Shown here: piece after piece, positions 1 through 8,900 of the stretch | Numbering within the stretch: the stretch's first letter is position 1 | How the letters are laid out: every line of letters starts with the position of its first letter | Source: a virus | Taxonomy: Duplodnaviria > Caudoviricetes | Reading direction: 5' to 3' (one strand) | Length of the DNA stretch: 64,000 bases | IMG/VR virus record: IMGVR_UViG_3300028048_000092 | Coordinates: 42,680-106,679 of that record | Program-made: the position numbers and the translations under genes | Notes under the pieces: model-generated | What the model saw: the letters and a program-made list of their open reading frames with translations, nothing else | What the model was told of the DNA's origin: nothing | The model's database searches: none

Positions 1-248
1 CTATCTCAGACGAAGTTGTCAGTAGGTTTGTCGGAAGTACTGTATTGTTTATTCATTTCCTTGTAGTTCTCTTGTTGTTCGGAGTGATGGTTTTCCTTCC
101 AACAACAAGAACTGCATTAGCTATGTATGTGGTCCCGAAGATTGCTGATAGTGAAGTTGTGGAGAAGCTGCAAGGGGATGCAAAGGAGTTATATACACTG
201 GGGGTTGAGAGATTGAAAGTAGAACTGAAGGGTAGGAATGTCAAGTAA
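1..248 (+). CDS. small membrane protein, 5' end probably outside window
   Basis: ORF track 45..248, hydrophobic stretch, ends TAA, overlaps next gene. Confidence 0.6.
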   Translation, partial: ISDEVVSRFVGSTVLFIHFLVVLLLFGVMVFLPTTRTALAMYVVPKIADSEVVEKLQGDAKELYTLGVERLKVELKGRNVK

Positions 249-477
249 GCTTAAGATAACGGACAAGATCGACATTGAATATTCGGCGGACAATGAGTTA
301 GCACAGGCTATAGAAGAGCACAAAGAGTATATAAAAGCTGAGACGCGCTGTACTTCATTGCGTCGTGTTGAAAAAGCAGGTAAGTTGGTCGATATTAACG
401 GTAAACCTTGCAGAATTACAATTAGAAAAAGTACAACGGAAGGAGCTCTAGATGATCAGAGACATTGCTTTTTGTGA
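238..477 (+). CDS. hypothetical protein
   Basis: Tightly packed ORF with purine-rich RBS, no TAG, ends TGA. Confidence 0.6.
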   Translation: MSSKLKITDKIDIEYSADNELAQAIEEHKEYIKAETRCTSLRRVEKAGKLVDINGKPCRITIRKSTTEGALDDQRHCFL

Positions 478-685
478 TAAGTGCGGAGTTGTCTTAAATG
501 ATAAACAGCAGGAGGGTATCAATGTTAGGTTTAGATCTTCCTGGCCAGACTATCATCTTGTATTATGCAGTGAGTGTTTCAAGGAATTCGCTAAGCTAGA
601 AGAAACTTTTACAGCTGCGCAAAGAAAGCTCGAGAACAGCAGTTGCAAAGAGATGGCTCAGCATATTCTGGAAAAAGAGGAATAA
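452..685 (+). CDS. small zinc-finger-like protein
   Basis: CDKC...CSEC pairs, RBS GGAG, ends TAA. Confidence 0.65.
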   Translation: MIRDIAFCDKCGVVLNDKQQEGINVRFRSSWPDYHLVLCSECFKEFAKLEETFTAAQRKLENSSCKEMAQHILEKEE

Positions 686-1263
686 TGGGAGATGAAAAAA
701 GTCAGAAGTCGTTGAATGGTATGAAGTTACTGATACTCGACATGGATGGTGTAGTAAATCGAGGTGCTGATAATTGTTCCCCTGACAGACATATCTATGA
801 TGATAGATTTTCTCATGTAGTACCTATGCAGAACGGTAAGGGTACCTGTGAGCTTACTTATGTGGACCCTGAACTGGCTAAGCGTGTAAGTAAGCTTATA
901 TCTGATTATGATCTTTATATAGTATCAAGCTCTACCTGGCGCCTTTATTATAGTCAGGAGGAGTTTAAAGAGCTTCTTACTCTTAGGGGACTGCCGGGAG
1001 AACGTCTTGTAGGATATACACCTAATCTTTATAGAGACAGCTCTTTCTTCGGTGGAGGCTGTCCCAGGCGAACTGAGATAAGGGCCTTTATGGAGCATGC
1101 TGAAGAAGAATTTGGCTGGGATATTGAATTCTATGTTATCTTAGATGACGATCCTTCGGCAAATTATGATACAGAAAAAGGCAGGCTCTTCTTAACGGAC
1201 TTCGATAAGGGCTATGATGCGGAGATCGATAAGGAAGTGAGAAAGTACTTGGATGAAAAATAA
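685..1263 (+). CDS. HAD-family phosphatase (Swiss-Army-knife RNA repair type HAD)
   Basis: Motifs LDMDGVVN, IVSSSTWR, YVILDDD; ATG at 685 after GAGGA. Confidence 0.8.
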   Translation: MGDEKSQKSLNGMKLLILDMDGVVNRGADNCSPDRHIYDDRFSHVVPMQNGKGTCELTYVDPELAKRVSKLISDYDLYIVSSSTWRLYYSQEEFKELLTLRGLPGERLVGYTPNLYRDSSFFGGGCPRRTEIRAFMEHAEEEFGWDIEFYVILDDDPSANYDTEKGRLFLTDFDKGYDAEIDKEVRKYLDEK

Positions 1264-1477
1264 AAAGGTTTGGTATATTTATTCTACTTATAGAGGGGTT
1301 TCTTCTACAGGACCTTTTTATAAATCAAAAAAGAAAGCCAGGGAGCAGCTTGATAAGTATTGTATAGGGCACTTGTGTCGATGGCTAGACAATGGTTATA
1401 AGAATAAGTGCCTTGTTGTATGTGATGATAAGGGTGAAATACACTATTATCAGATACTTTCTGCAGAATTGAATTAA
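1253..1477 (+). CDS. hypothetical protein
   Basis: ORF overlapping upstream stop, ends TAA. Confidence 0.55.
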   Translation: MKNKKVWYIYSTYRGVSSTGPFYKSKKKAREQLDKYCIGHLCRWLDNGYKNKCLVVCDDKGEIHYYQILSAELN

Positions 1478-1546
1478 AGGAGGTGCTGTTATGGAGATGT
1501 AGCTAAGATAAATTGATGCGCGAACGATTGAAAATTCCTTTTAGCC

Positions 1547-1593
1547 AGGGAGCTTGCAGGGCGCTGTCCACGCCCTGTGGAGCTCTCTTTTTT
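1547..1593. terminator. hairpin terminator between convergent genes
   Basis: GGGAGCTTGCAGGGCG...CGCCCTGTGGAGCTCTC then T-run. Confidence 0.7.
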
Positions 1594-1602
1594 ACATATC
1601 AG

Positions 1603-2079
1603 TCAGATTACTGTATAGAACATCAATCCCTGACTGAGCTATGTGAGTTTGTTCTAAGTCTCTTCTTTAGTATAATAGTTGCTTAGAGATATGGAAAATG
1701 AGTTTGACAGCTATGCCAGTTTTTCATCTACCTAAATCTTTGTATAGTAGTCAGAAAACTTTTCTTTGATACTACTTAAAGAGTTAGATATCTCACTTAT
1801 AATATCGTTTATCTGTTCTATAGTATAATAGTCTTGAAAACGACTCTGTAATTCAGACAGAGAGTTTGAGATATCTGCCAGAAACTGATCTATTTCATTT
1901 TTTGTATAATAGTTGCTGAGATCTGTCTGGGGAGGGATCTCTACTACGTTACCGTTGGGCAGCTTTGCTTTCTGCTTTATTGCGCCGTTCTCTATTGTTT
2001 TATAAACAAGAACTGTTCCCTGCAATATATTCGAGTTAGCAAAAGAGCTGTCGGATTCTATTTTCTATACTCTGGCCAT
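1603..2079 (-). CDS. YYTK-repeat coiled-coil tail fibre-related protein (TAG=Glu, 158 aa)
   Basis: ATG 2079 to TGA 1603 reading through TAG; repeats YYTKNEID / YYTKI*VD / YYTKEET; AKLPNG shared with gene at 16428. Confidence 0.75.
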
Positions 2080-2144
2080 TTTTAAGTCCTTATCTAGTTC
2101 ATATAAGGGTACTTGGTAAAGTGTATAAAGACCTTGTAAAAGAG

Positions 2145-2176
2145 CTAAAAAACAGGCCCTTTTTTGGCATAATAAG
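2145..2176 (+). promoter_or_regulatory. putative phage promoter CTAAAAA-N13-TGGCATAATAAG
   Basis: Same two boxes with identical spacing at 4027-4058; both lie at the start of transcription units. Confidence 0.6.
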
Positions 2177-2267
2177 TTGAAGGAGATTACAAGGTTGTAA
2201 TCTTAAAAATTTAATCCTTCCTGGACAACTGTCCAGTTTCTTTAATGCCATAATAAAGGAAGTTAAA

Positions 2268-2639
2268 ATGGCACTTTAGAAAATCAGTTCGGTGAGAGCA
2301 GCCGCTCTCCTCGTCGCCACTGCAACCAATGTCTCCGATTTCAAGGACTCGAAAGAGTACCTGTTACAGGAGATATAGAGAGCGATGGTAAAAGGAGATT
2401 CTCAACTGGGAGTATATGAGTAGGCTGTAAAAGGCCTGCTCTTGTAGTACCCGGGAGAGGATAAGGAAGCTCTCACTGAACAAGTGATAAACCGTCTGTA
2501 GAAGGACTTACCGAAGTTCTATCAGAAGTCCTTGAAAGTCTATAGATGGCTCAAATGGGGGCTGCTCCCCGGAATGGCTTTAGCCTTTGGCTGCGGGATC
2601 CTGTGTGGATTCTGCTGCAAAGGGTTGGGGCTGTTCTGA
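2268..2639 (+). CDS. hypothetical protein with C-terminal membrane anchor (TAG=Glu, 123 aa)
   Basis: RBS AAGGAAG, ATG 2268, five in-frame TAG, TGA at 2637-2639; absent from the standard-code track. Confidence 0.7.
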
Positions 2640-2732
2640 ACGCAGTTATACATATTAGAGCTGGATTTCGCTTGCCCCGGGGAATTGGCCCCCGAATGCC
2701 GCGAACCAGCTTTATTTGTTTACCGTCTCAGT

Positions 2733-2781
2733 GTCTCTAGGCCAAAAGAGACGTCGTCCTGAGCAAGACGTTAAAAGGCTC
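2733..2781 (+). ncRNA. hairpin plus H-type pseudoknot RNA element
   Basis: GTCTCT/AGAGAC stem; CGTC/GACG stem whose loop GAGC can pair with downstream GCTC. Confidence 0.45.
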
Positions 2782-2844
2782 CGCGCTTTTTCCTTAAGAG
2801 GGCCTCTTCTATTTTGTTTTTCTTTTTATTTCCTTATTGTTTTG

Positions 2845-3600
2845 TAGAAGAGACTCTCCTAAGGCGAAAGCTAAAGGCTTCAGTTCACCAGAGCCTGCAA
2901 TAATAATCTGGCGAACCGGTCCTGCCGAGGCGAGCGAAAGCAGTTTCGGCTTTATAAGGACAGACCGATGCATCCGGTCAGGAATACAAAAGATGCCCTA
3001 GTGCTGCAGGTCAAGCACCCCAGACAGAAAGGGTTAAAATCGCAGTTGCTCTGGAAGCCTGATAAGCTTTCCCGTGGATACTTCCATTCGCGGACTGGAA
3101 GGAGGGACAGAAGAAAGGAATGTCAATTCTCTCTGAAGTCCAACCCGAAGAGCCGCCTTAAGTGGCATGAGCTGTATCACGCAGCACAAATGTGACGGGA
3201 CTTCCGGCAGATCCGGAAGGAGCTGAGAGGCGTTGTCCGGTGATGCGGACATCTGGCCAGCCCAATGGGGCGACACATGGAAGATTCGTATTCCATGTTG
3301 CGGAGGAACTGACGAGGCAGTGGTTCCTTCTGCAGTCCGAAAGGTTGAGATACCTGTAGGATGTTTGATGTACAGTCTCAGTACATCAACGACAGCAAAG
3401 CAAAGGAGATACAGAGGAGCTACACTTCTCTGATGTTGAAAGAAGTTTCGGGAAACATTCTATGAGTACAGGCTTTGACAAGCCAAAAGGCTCCGGATGC
3501 CAACTGAAATGTATTTTGACGAATAGCAGCAAGGTTCTATCAAGAGCTAAGCTGTGATGTAGATCAGGGAGCTGCCATATTGGGAAGGAGGTATGGCAGA
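2845..3600 (+). ncRNA. large structured ncRNA, GOLLD/ROOL-like (about 750 nt, ends approximate)
   Basis: No credible ORF; dense short GC-rich hairpins (CTTCCGG/CCGGAAG, TGTCCG/CGGACA, CATGGAA/TTCCATG, TTGATGTAC/GTACATCAA, CTGCCATA/TATGGCAG); AGCCAAAAGGCT element; next to a tRNA-like gene. Confidence 0.6.
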
Positions 3601-3611
3601 TCCTTTCTTAT

Positions 3612-3693
3612 GGGGCTGAGAAAAGTTTCGACAGCATGGAAAGCCAAAGTGCACCTGTCTGGACCCCCGGGGCAGTACCGGGCAGCTCCACCA
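3612..3693 (+). ncRNA. minimal tmRNA-like RNA (tRNA-like domain only)
   Basis: 5' GGGGCTGA...TTCGAC, 3' GGAC-CCCGG-GGCAGTA-CCGGG-CAGCTCCACCA; Ala-type G3.U70 acceptor stem; encoded CCA; no tag ORF. Confidence 0.8.
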
Positions 3694-3716
3694 ATTAAAA
3701 CACTAAGGAGGAAGAA

Positions 3717-3962
3717 ATGGAACTTAGAATCAGTAAACACGATCTGGGTGGAACTCATATAACTTTGACTAAAGCTAGTATAGGTTGTATTGAGAGAAAA
3801 ACTCTTAATAGAGTTTTAAAGAGGTTCGGCAAGCACTTACAAGTAGAGGAAGAGCTGTGTGATAGTGTTACATATGCTATACGCGGCTGTGTCCCTACAG
3901 TTAACTGGCTTTTTGAAGTTACATGTAAGTTCCCTCATATCAAAGTTGTAAGAGAGCAATAA
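3717..3962 (+). CDS. hypothetical protein
   Basis: RBS AAGGAGG, no TAG, ends TAA, followed by a hairpin. Confidence 0.7.
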   Translation: MELRISKHDLGGTHITLTKASIGCIERKTLNRVLKRFGKHLQVEEELCDSVTYAIRGCVPTVNWLFEVTCKFPHIKVVREQ

Positions 3963-3964
3963 TA

Positions 3965-4000
3965 AAGGCCTCCCAACTAAGGGAGGCCTTATCTCTTTTT
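3965..4000 (+). terminator. intrinsic terminator
   Basis: AAGGCCTCCC-aactaa-GGGAGGCCTT then T-run. Confidence 0.75.
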
Positions 4001-4026
4001 TACATAGCAGCCATTCCAAGCACCTT

Positions 4027-4058
4027 CTAAAAAGTTCCTTTATTATTGGCATAATAAG
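4027..4058 (+). promoter_or_regulatory. putative phage promoter CTAAAAA-N13-TGGCATAATAAG (second copy)
   Basis: Matches 2145-2176; immediately upstream of the tRNA-like RNA. Confidence 0.6.
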
Positions 4059-4061
4059 ATG

Positions 4062-4120
4062 GTGCTGAGGTAAAGGTGCCATAGGAGAAATCCGAGAGCC
4101 GGGTCCGATCCCCGGAGCAC
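4062..4120 (+). ncRNA. anticodon-less tRNA-like small RNA
   Basis: GTGCT/AGCAC closing stem; T-arm CCGGG-TCCGATC-CCCGG; GGA-GAAA-TCC tetraloop hairpin where the anticodon arm should be; own promoter and terminator (4127-4158). Confidence 0.5.
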
Positions 4121-4176
4121 ACTTAAGCTCCCTTATGGGAGCGCCCTATTTCTTTTTTACACTGTAGGTAGATTAT

Positions 4177-4623
4177 TCAGCGCCCGGGAGTGTCATATTC
4201 AAGTTCCCATCCAAGGGACTATATCTTATCTTTTTTAGCTGGGTACCATAGGCTGTTCTGGTCATTTTTAATGTAGACAACACCCGGAGCTATATTTGCA
4301 GGAGGAGTTCTGAGTCCCCATGCACCTGCGTTTCTATCATAGAGCCCTCTTTCAGGATTTAATATAGCCACCTGTTGCTTTCCCCTGAGATGTGGATCTA
4401 CTTGCTTTCCCCTGAGATGCGGATCTACACTGGCAGCAGGGGATTTATATCCTGCTTTTCTTGTATTTTTCCGGCTTGCTTTCTGCTGTGCTTCCCATTT
4501 TGCAGCGCCGTTGACTGCTTGTCCCCAGGGCTACCAGATTCTAGTAGTTCCCTTTTCAACCGGAGCGTTCCCAGCTGAATATGTTGCAGCTATCTTCCTG
4601 AGTGTCTCTTTGTAAGTATGCAT
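4177..4623 (-). CDS. hypothetical, probable internal virion protein (TAG=Glu, 148 aa)
   Basis: MHTYKETLRKIAA leader; two TAG; 27-nt tandem repeat encoding VDPHLRGKQ twice; ends TGA. Confidence 0.7.
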
Positions 4624-4648
4624 AATAACCTTTCGCGTTACACTTCAA

Positions 4649-4661
4649 GGGGGGGGGGGGG
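4649..4661. repeat. G13 homopolymer, intergenic
   Basis: 13 consecutive G about 25 nt upstream of the minus-strand start at 4623. Confidence 0.9.
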
Positions 4662-4673
4662 CACGTAAAAGGC

Positions 4674-5891
4674 TTATTTTAGAGGCTTGAAAGAAGGTAC
4701 CTTTTTAATAGTGCGGATCACCTGCTCCCCGTAAATGCCCATTGTACATTCAAACTGCCTGGGAGTGCCTTTGTATTTGGGACACCATAAGTAGTCCTTA
4801 TGATCGAAGTTGAAGCGCTTGTCATCCCAGCACCCATTGCACACATTGTAATTTATCACTCTGTAAGGAGTATAAAACTCGCAGGAAGGCAAGGAGAATC
4901 CTGAAATAAGAACTACAGGCACCCTGCAGCACCATGCCAGCCAGGACATCCCTGATCCAAGTCCTATAAAGAAGTCGGCATCTTTTATAAGGTTTATCCT
5001 CTATTGCAAAGGCAAAGCTCCCGTAGCGTCCTCCACTCCCCAGGGAACATGGTTCCATATAAGTCCATTCCCGTAGTTTCTATCTTTGTTTATGCAGTAG
5101 ACCTTATATCCCTCTTCTTTAAGAAATCTTATGACAGAGTCCCATCCACAGGGATTGTTCCAGTGCTTTGTCTGGGAGCTTGCCTGTGTGGATATGACAC
5201 AGTACTTCTCTTTTATCTTTCTTTTTGCGGAAAGGTCTACTCTCGGTGGAATATCTTCATCCGATACATCAAGTATATGTGCAGCTGTCTTATGCAGTCC
5301 GACTTGTCTGAAGTCAATAGGCTGCCACTAAGTGTTCCCTCCGAAGAACAGCCCCATGTAGTAAGTAGCATAAGGCTTCAAATCAATGTTCTCTTTAACA
5401 GAATAAAAATAAATATCGGGATACTGCTTCTACAGAAGCTCCTTTATATGGCCTGGCATAATGCAGTGCAGTCTGCAGTGATGCTTCTGCTGGAATCTCT
5501 ATACATAAGAGAACCATCCCAGAGTATCTCCTATGGCGCCGTCGGGGAAGTTTATCACAACGTCCTTCTGAGAAGCATCGTAGGTATGGGTAAAGAGGAT
5601 CTCTTTCCTGTCAGGGGAAAGTATCTGCAGCTTATAGTTGATGAAGTACATTTTGCTGCTGAACACTTTTCCACCTGCTTTTACAAGCCCGTTGTAGAAG
5701 ACCGTCCCGGTGTCCTGATCTGTAAGGGTGAACCAATGGTCTCCGCTGTCCTTGGGGAAGCTTATTCTAAGTCCCTTGTTGAAGTCATATTTAATGCCCT
5801 CTACAGCTTCCATGGTAAACTGGGAAGGTACCTGCCAGTACACCGGAGGTTTTACAATAGGTGCAGGGGAGAGGGAATCGGAAGTCGACAT
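4674..5891 (-). CDS. TibC/Aah-like autotransporter O-heptosyltransferase (TAG=Glu, 405 aa)
   Basis: GIKYDFNKGLRI, GDTLGWFSYV*RF, QPIDFRQVGLH, PLQ*RINL, FIGLGSGMSWLAW, CNGCW...CP...FEC cysteine cluster; standard-code pieces 5499..5891 and 4674..4949 are in one frame. Confidence 0.9.
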
Positions 5892-5987
5892 ATAAAGGCT
5901 CCTGTTTGATGTTTTGCTCTAAGTGATGTATACAAGGAATATACGCATTCGCGTATAAGTATAAAGGAGAAAGGGAAAGTAGGGCTT

Positions 5988-8900
5988 ATGGCTGACAGCA
6001 GCTTCTGGAATATAGGAAATATAGAATATCCTGTAATACAAGGACAAGCGGGAAAGCCCTTCTACCATTAGCAAGGTCCTCTCATACAGTTCGGGTAGTA
6101 GCTGGTCGATAACAGCTGCCTTTGCAAGTACAGATATGCAAGGTACTTTGCTTACTACTGTGCAGTTCCTTCAGACAGCTCTTCCATAGCCTTTTTCAAG
6201 AACTTCGAGCAGGTTCCCTGGGAAGGGGGGCATAATATAAAGTTCCTTGATTATACCCAGGAAACAGCCAAAGGTTACCAATGGGGAATGTTCAAAGGAC
6301 CTGTATATCTGGGCTGCTATCCAACGGGTCACTTTACTACAGGGAAGTGGCTTCCGGTGGAGCTTCCCTATGAGAATGTTTCATAGGACCTTAATGTAAC
6401 TTCTCCTTCTCCTTATTATATATATTAGGAAAATGAGGACTACAACTACTCCTTGAAGTGCATGATAGTAAGTTCCTATTAGTGCTGCAATGGGGAGGAG
6501 GGCTGTGGAGTAGAAGTACAGAGAGGCTAGTACTTTGAAAGCTCTTTCCCATTCTGCTATGCATAGTTCTTTGTAAGTAACCTTGATGCAAGCGATGCTT
6601 CTCAGGTAACAGCTGCTCTTATAGAAGGCTCCCAGGGATGTGTATGCACTCCTCCTTACAGGATGCTTAAGAAGTTCTAGCAGTACGATTGCTCTACAGC
6701 TACTATAAGGGTATTCAAGTAGATGGTGCTTCTTCCAGAAGAACTCGACAGATGCTCTTAGTTCTGTCCCTCCTGCCAATAGGAGCTTCCTGCTTTAGCT
6801 CCCAATGCTGCTTTTTTAGCTAAGAAGGATTGTGTTTATTGGGTTTTATGGAAGTTCCCCCTTCCATAGGACTGCAGTGATTGTTCCAAGACTTTACATA
6901 AGATATAGTGGCAGTTGGTAACGGATTATAAAGATATCCCCGGGGAAGTTGTAGGGAAGGGGCCTGGGTGGAAGCCCCTGAGTTTCCATGATCCTGACGA
7001 GACCTTTACATACTGTGAATAGGAAGCTCCTGGAAAAGTCATCTTCCAGTGGCAGTATGTAAGGAATCCTCAGCCTTCCCAGGGAGAGATATAGGGCAGC
7101 CGCCCCGCTGTAAAGCCCGATGAAAACCCCTGCAAAGAATACTGCAGGAAGAACCCTCTGGCAAGGCCCTCCATATCAGACTCTTTGTCAGGTGCCTCCG
7201 ACAGTACTTTGTAGAAGCACTTTCCCTGCAATGAGCCCTAGCCTCCTCCTATGAAGTACAGAGAGTTCCTCCATACTGAGTTTGATGTATATGAGCTGTC
7301 ACTTCGAGTTACTGTCATTACAAGAGATCAGGTGAAGGAGTGCTATCAGAGCTATAAGATAGATACTCCCTTATAGGACTGGCATTGGAATCTTATTTAG
7401 AATGCTGTCTATGATTATCAGCTTACAAGCTACTTATATGGTACTTCCTTTCGGGGGACTGAAGTAAAGAACGGCTTTATCCATAAGTATGTTGTGCAGT
7501 TACATGGAGAAGAGCCTCCTGAAGATCCTTCCGGGGAGTATCAGGGAGACGACTTCGACATAGTAGCTGATGGAAGCTCCTACAACTTTGTCGATAAAAG
7601 TCAGAACCTTTGTCAGTATGCTTATCAAGTTTATTTAGCAGAGAAGTGTAAATGCTTTGGTGATTGTATTTCAGACTCCCGTTCCTGCAGCACATCAAAT
7701 CAGAGTGAATATATAAGTGGCTGGGGGTGCTCCAAATGGCAAAGTCTTGGTCAGCATTCTTAGTATTAGATAAGAAAGGAAATGCGGTTCTGCCTGGATA
7801 AGTGGAGCCGGAACCCGGAAGAGTCTGTACACAAGTAGTGGGTTTATACTACTTTGTCTGATGATCCTTATTTCTGTGAATAGTATCCCCAGCCACTTAA
7901 AAGGGGGATTATCTACGATAACTATGTATTTACACCAAACTGTTCCGATTCTACAAGTATAGTGGTATCTTTCCCTTTTGTTTCTTATCCCTGGTGTGGA
8001 AAACAGCCAAAAGCTTATTAGGGATATAAGGCATAGGACAGCCTATCCAGCTCCACTTTACTTCAAGTAGTGGACAATGTAATAGATCTTACCAATACAG
8101 ATCCTCCGATATGTACCGTATATGGATTTATTGATCCTCACAAGGTGGCGGTTTGGCCAGGGTTTATTTCAGAGCGGCCTGTGCGACCAGCGCCTTGCTG
8201 CGGAGAAGAGGCCTTCTATTCCGATAGCTGTCATGCTAAGGGCAAAATTTATTAGCCTCCCATTATAAAGTGGCCCAAGTCCTGTTTGTAGCTTCCAGCG
8301 TACGGAGTGAGAGTTTATATAGCTGCTTTTGGACATGCCTGGCCTGGGTTCATTTCCACGTAGAAGACCGTTGATTCCCAGACTAAGTACTATGTAAATG
8401 CTTCCAAGTTCCTGCAGTACTTCAACTGTACCAAGCAGTCTTAGCTGTAGTTCTATTAGGAGCTCCCATCGTAGTACCCTGAAGGATGGGATCCGCCTTT
8501 CTCAGGCTTCTATCAGACCGATTATCTTCCTGCAAAGGGTAACTGGTGCATGCCTCCCATAGGCTTCTTCAACTAGCTGTCCCCTGTGAACTTCAACCAG
8601 GGCTCTATAGCTTAGTGGGCAGGAGGTTCGGGAAAAGTCCTTTTGTATATATTCTCCGGGCATGCTTCCCGCTGCTAGTCACAGTTAGAGGTCGGCATAA
8701 GAGCACTTGCAGGGAAGAACATCGGCGGCAGAAAAGCTATAGGCGTCTAGATCCCCCTTAACAAGAAAGGGGCAGGAGATAACGGGACCATAGCATATTC
8801 TTATGATTGTGTTGATGTCAATCAGTTTATAGATCCCAATAGTGAGTACTATCATAAAGGTGTCTTATAGAGAGCCTATGAGAATCAGGATATAACAGGG

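Noticed and set aside
2546-3762. Short ORFs in the track across the ncRNA cluster
   Set aside because: No RBS or protein-like features; they overlap the 2268 gene, the structured RNA or the tmRNA-like gene
4062-4120. Amber suppressor tRNA
   Set aside because: No 7-nt anticodon loop and no CTA triplet in position
4375-4428. CRISPR-like repeat
   Set aside because: Two adjacent 27-nt copies without a spacer, in frame within a gene; no array or cas genes seen in the window
5004-5909. 301-aa plus-strand ORF and similar long antisense ORFs (36368-37207, 47150-47923, 50813-51520, 61139-61819)
   Set aside because: Shadows of well-supported genes on the opposite strand
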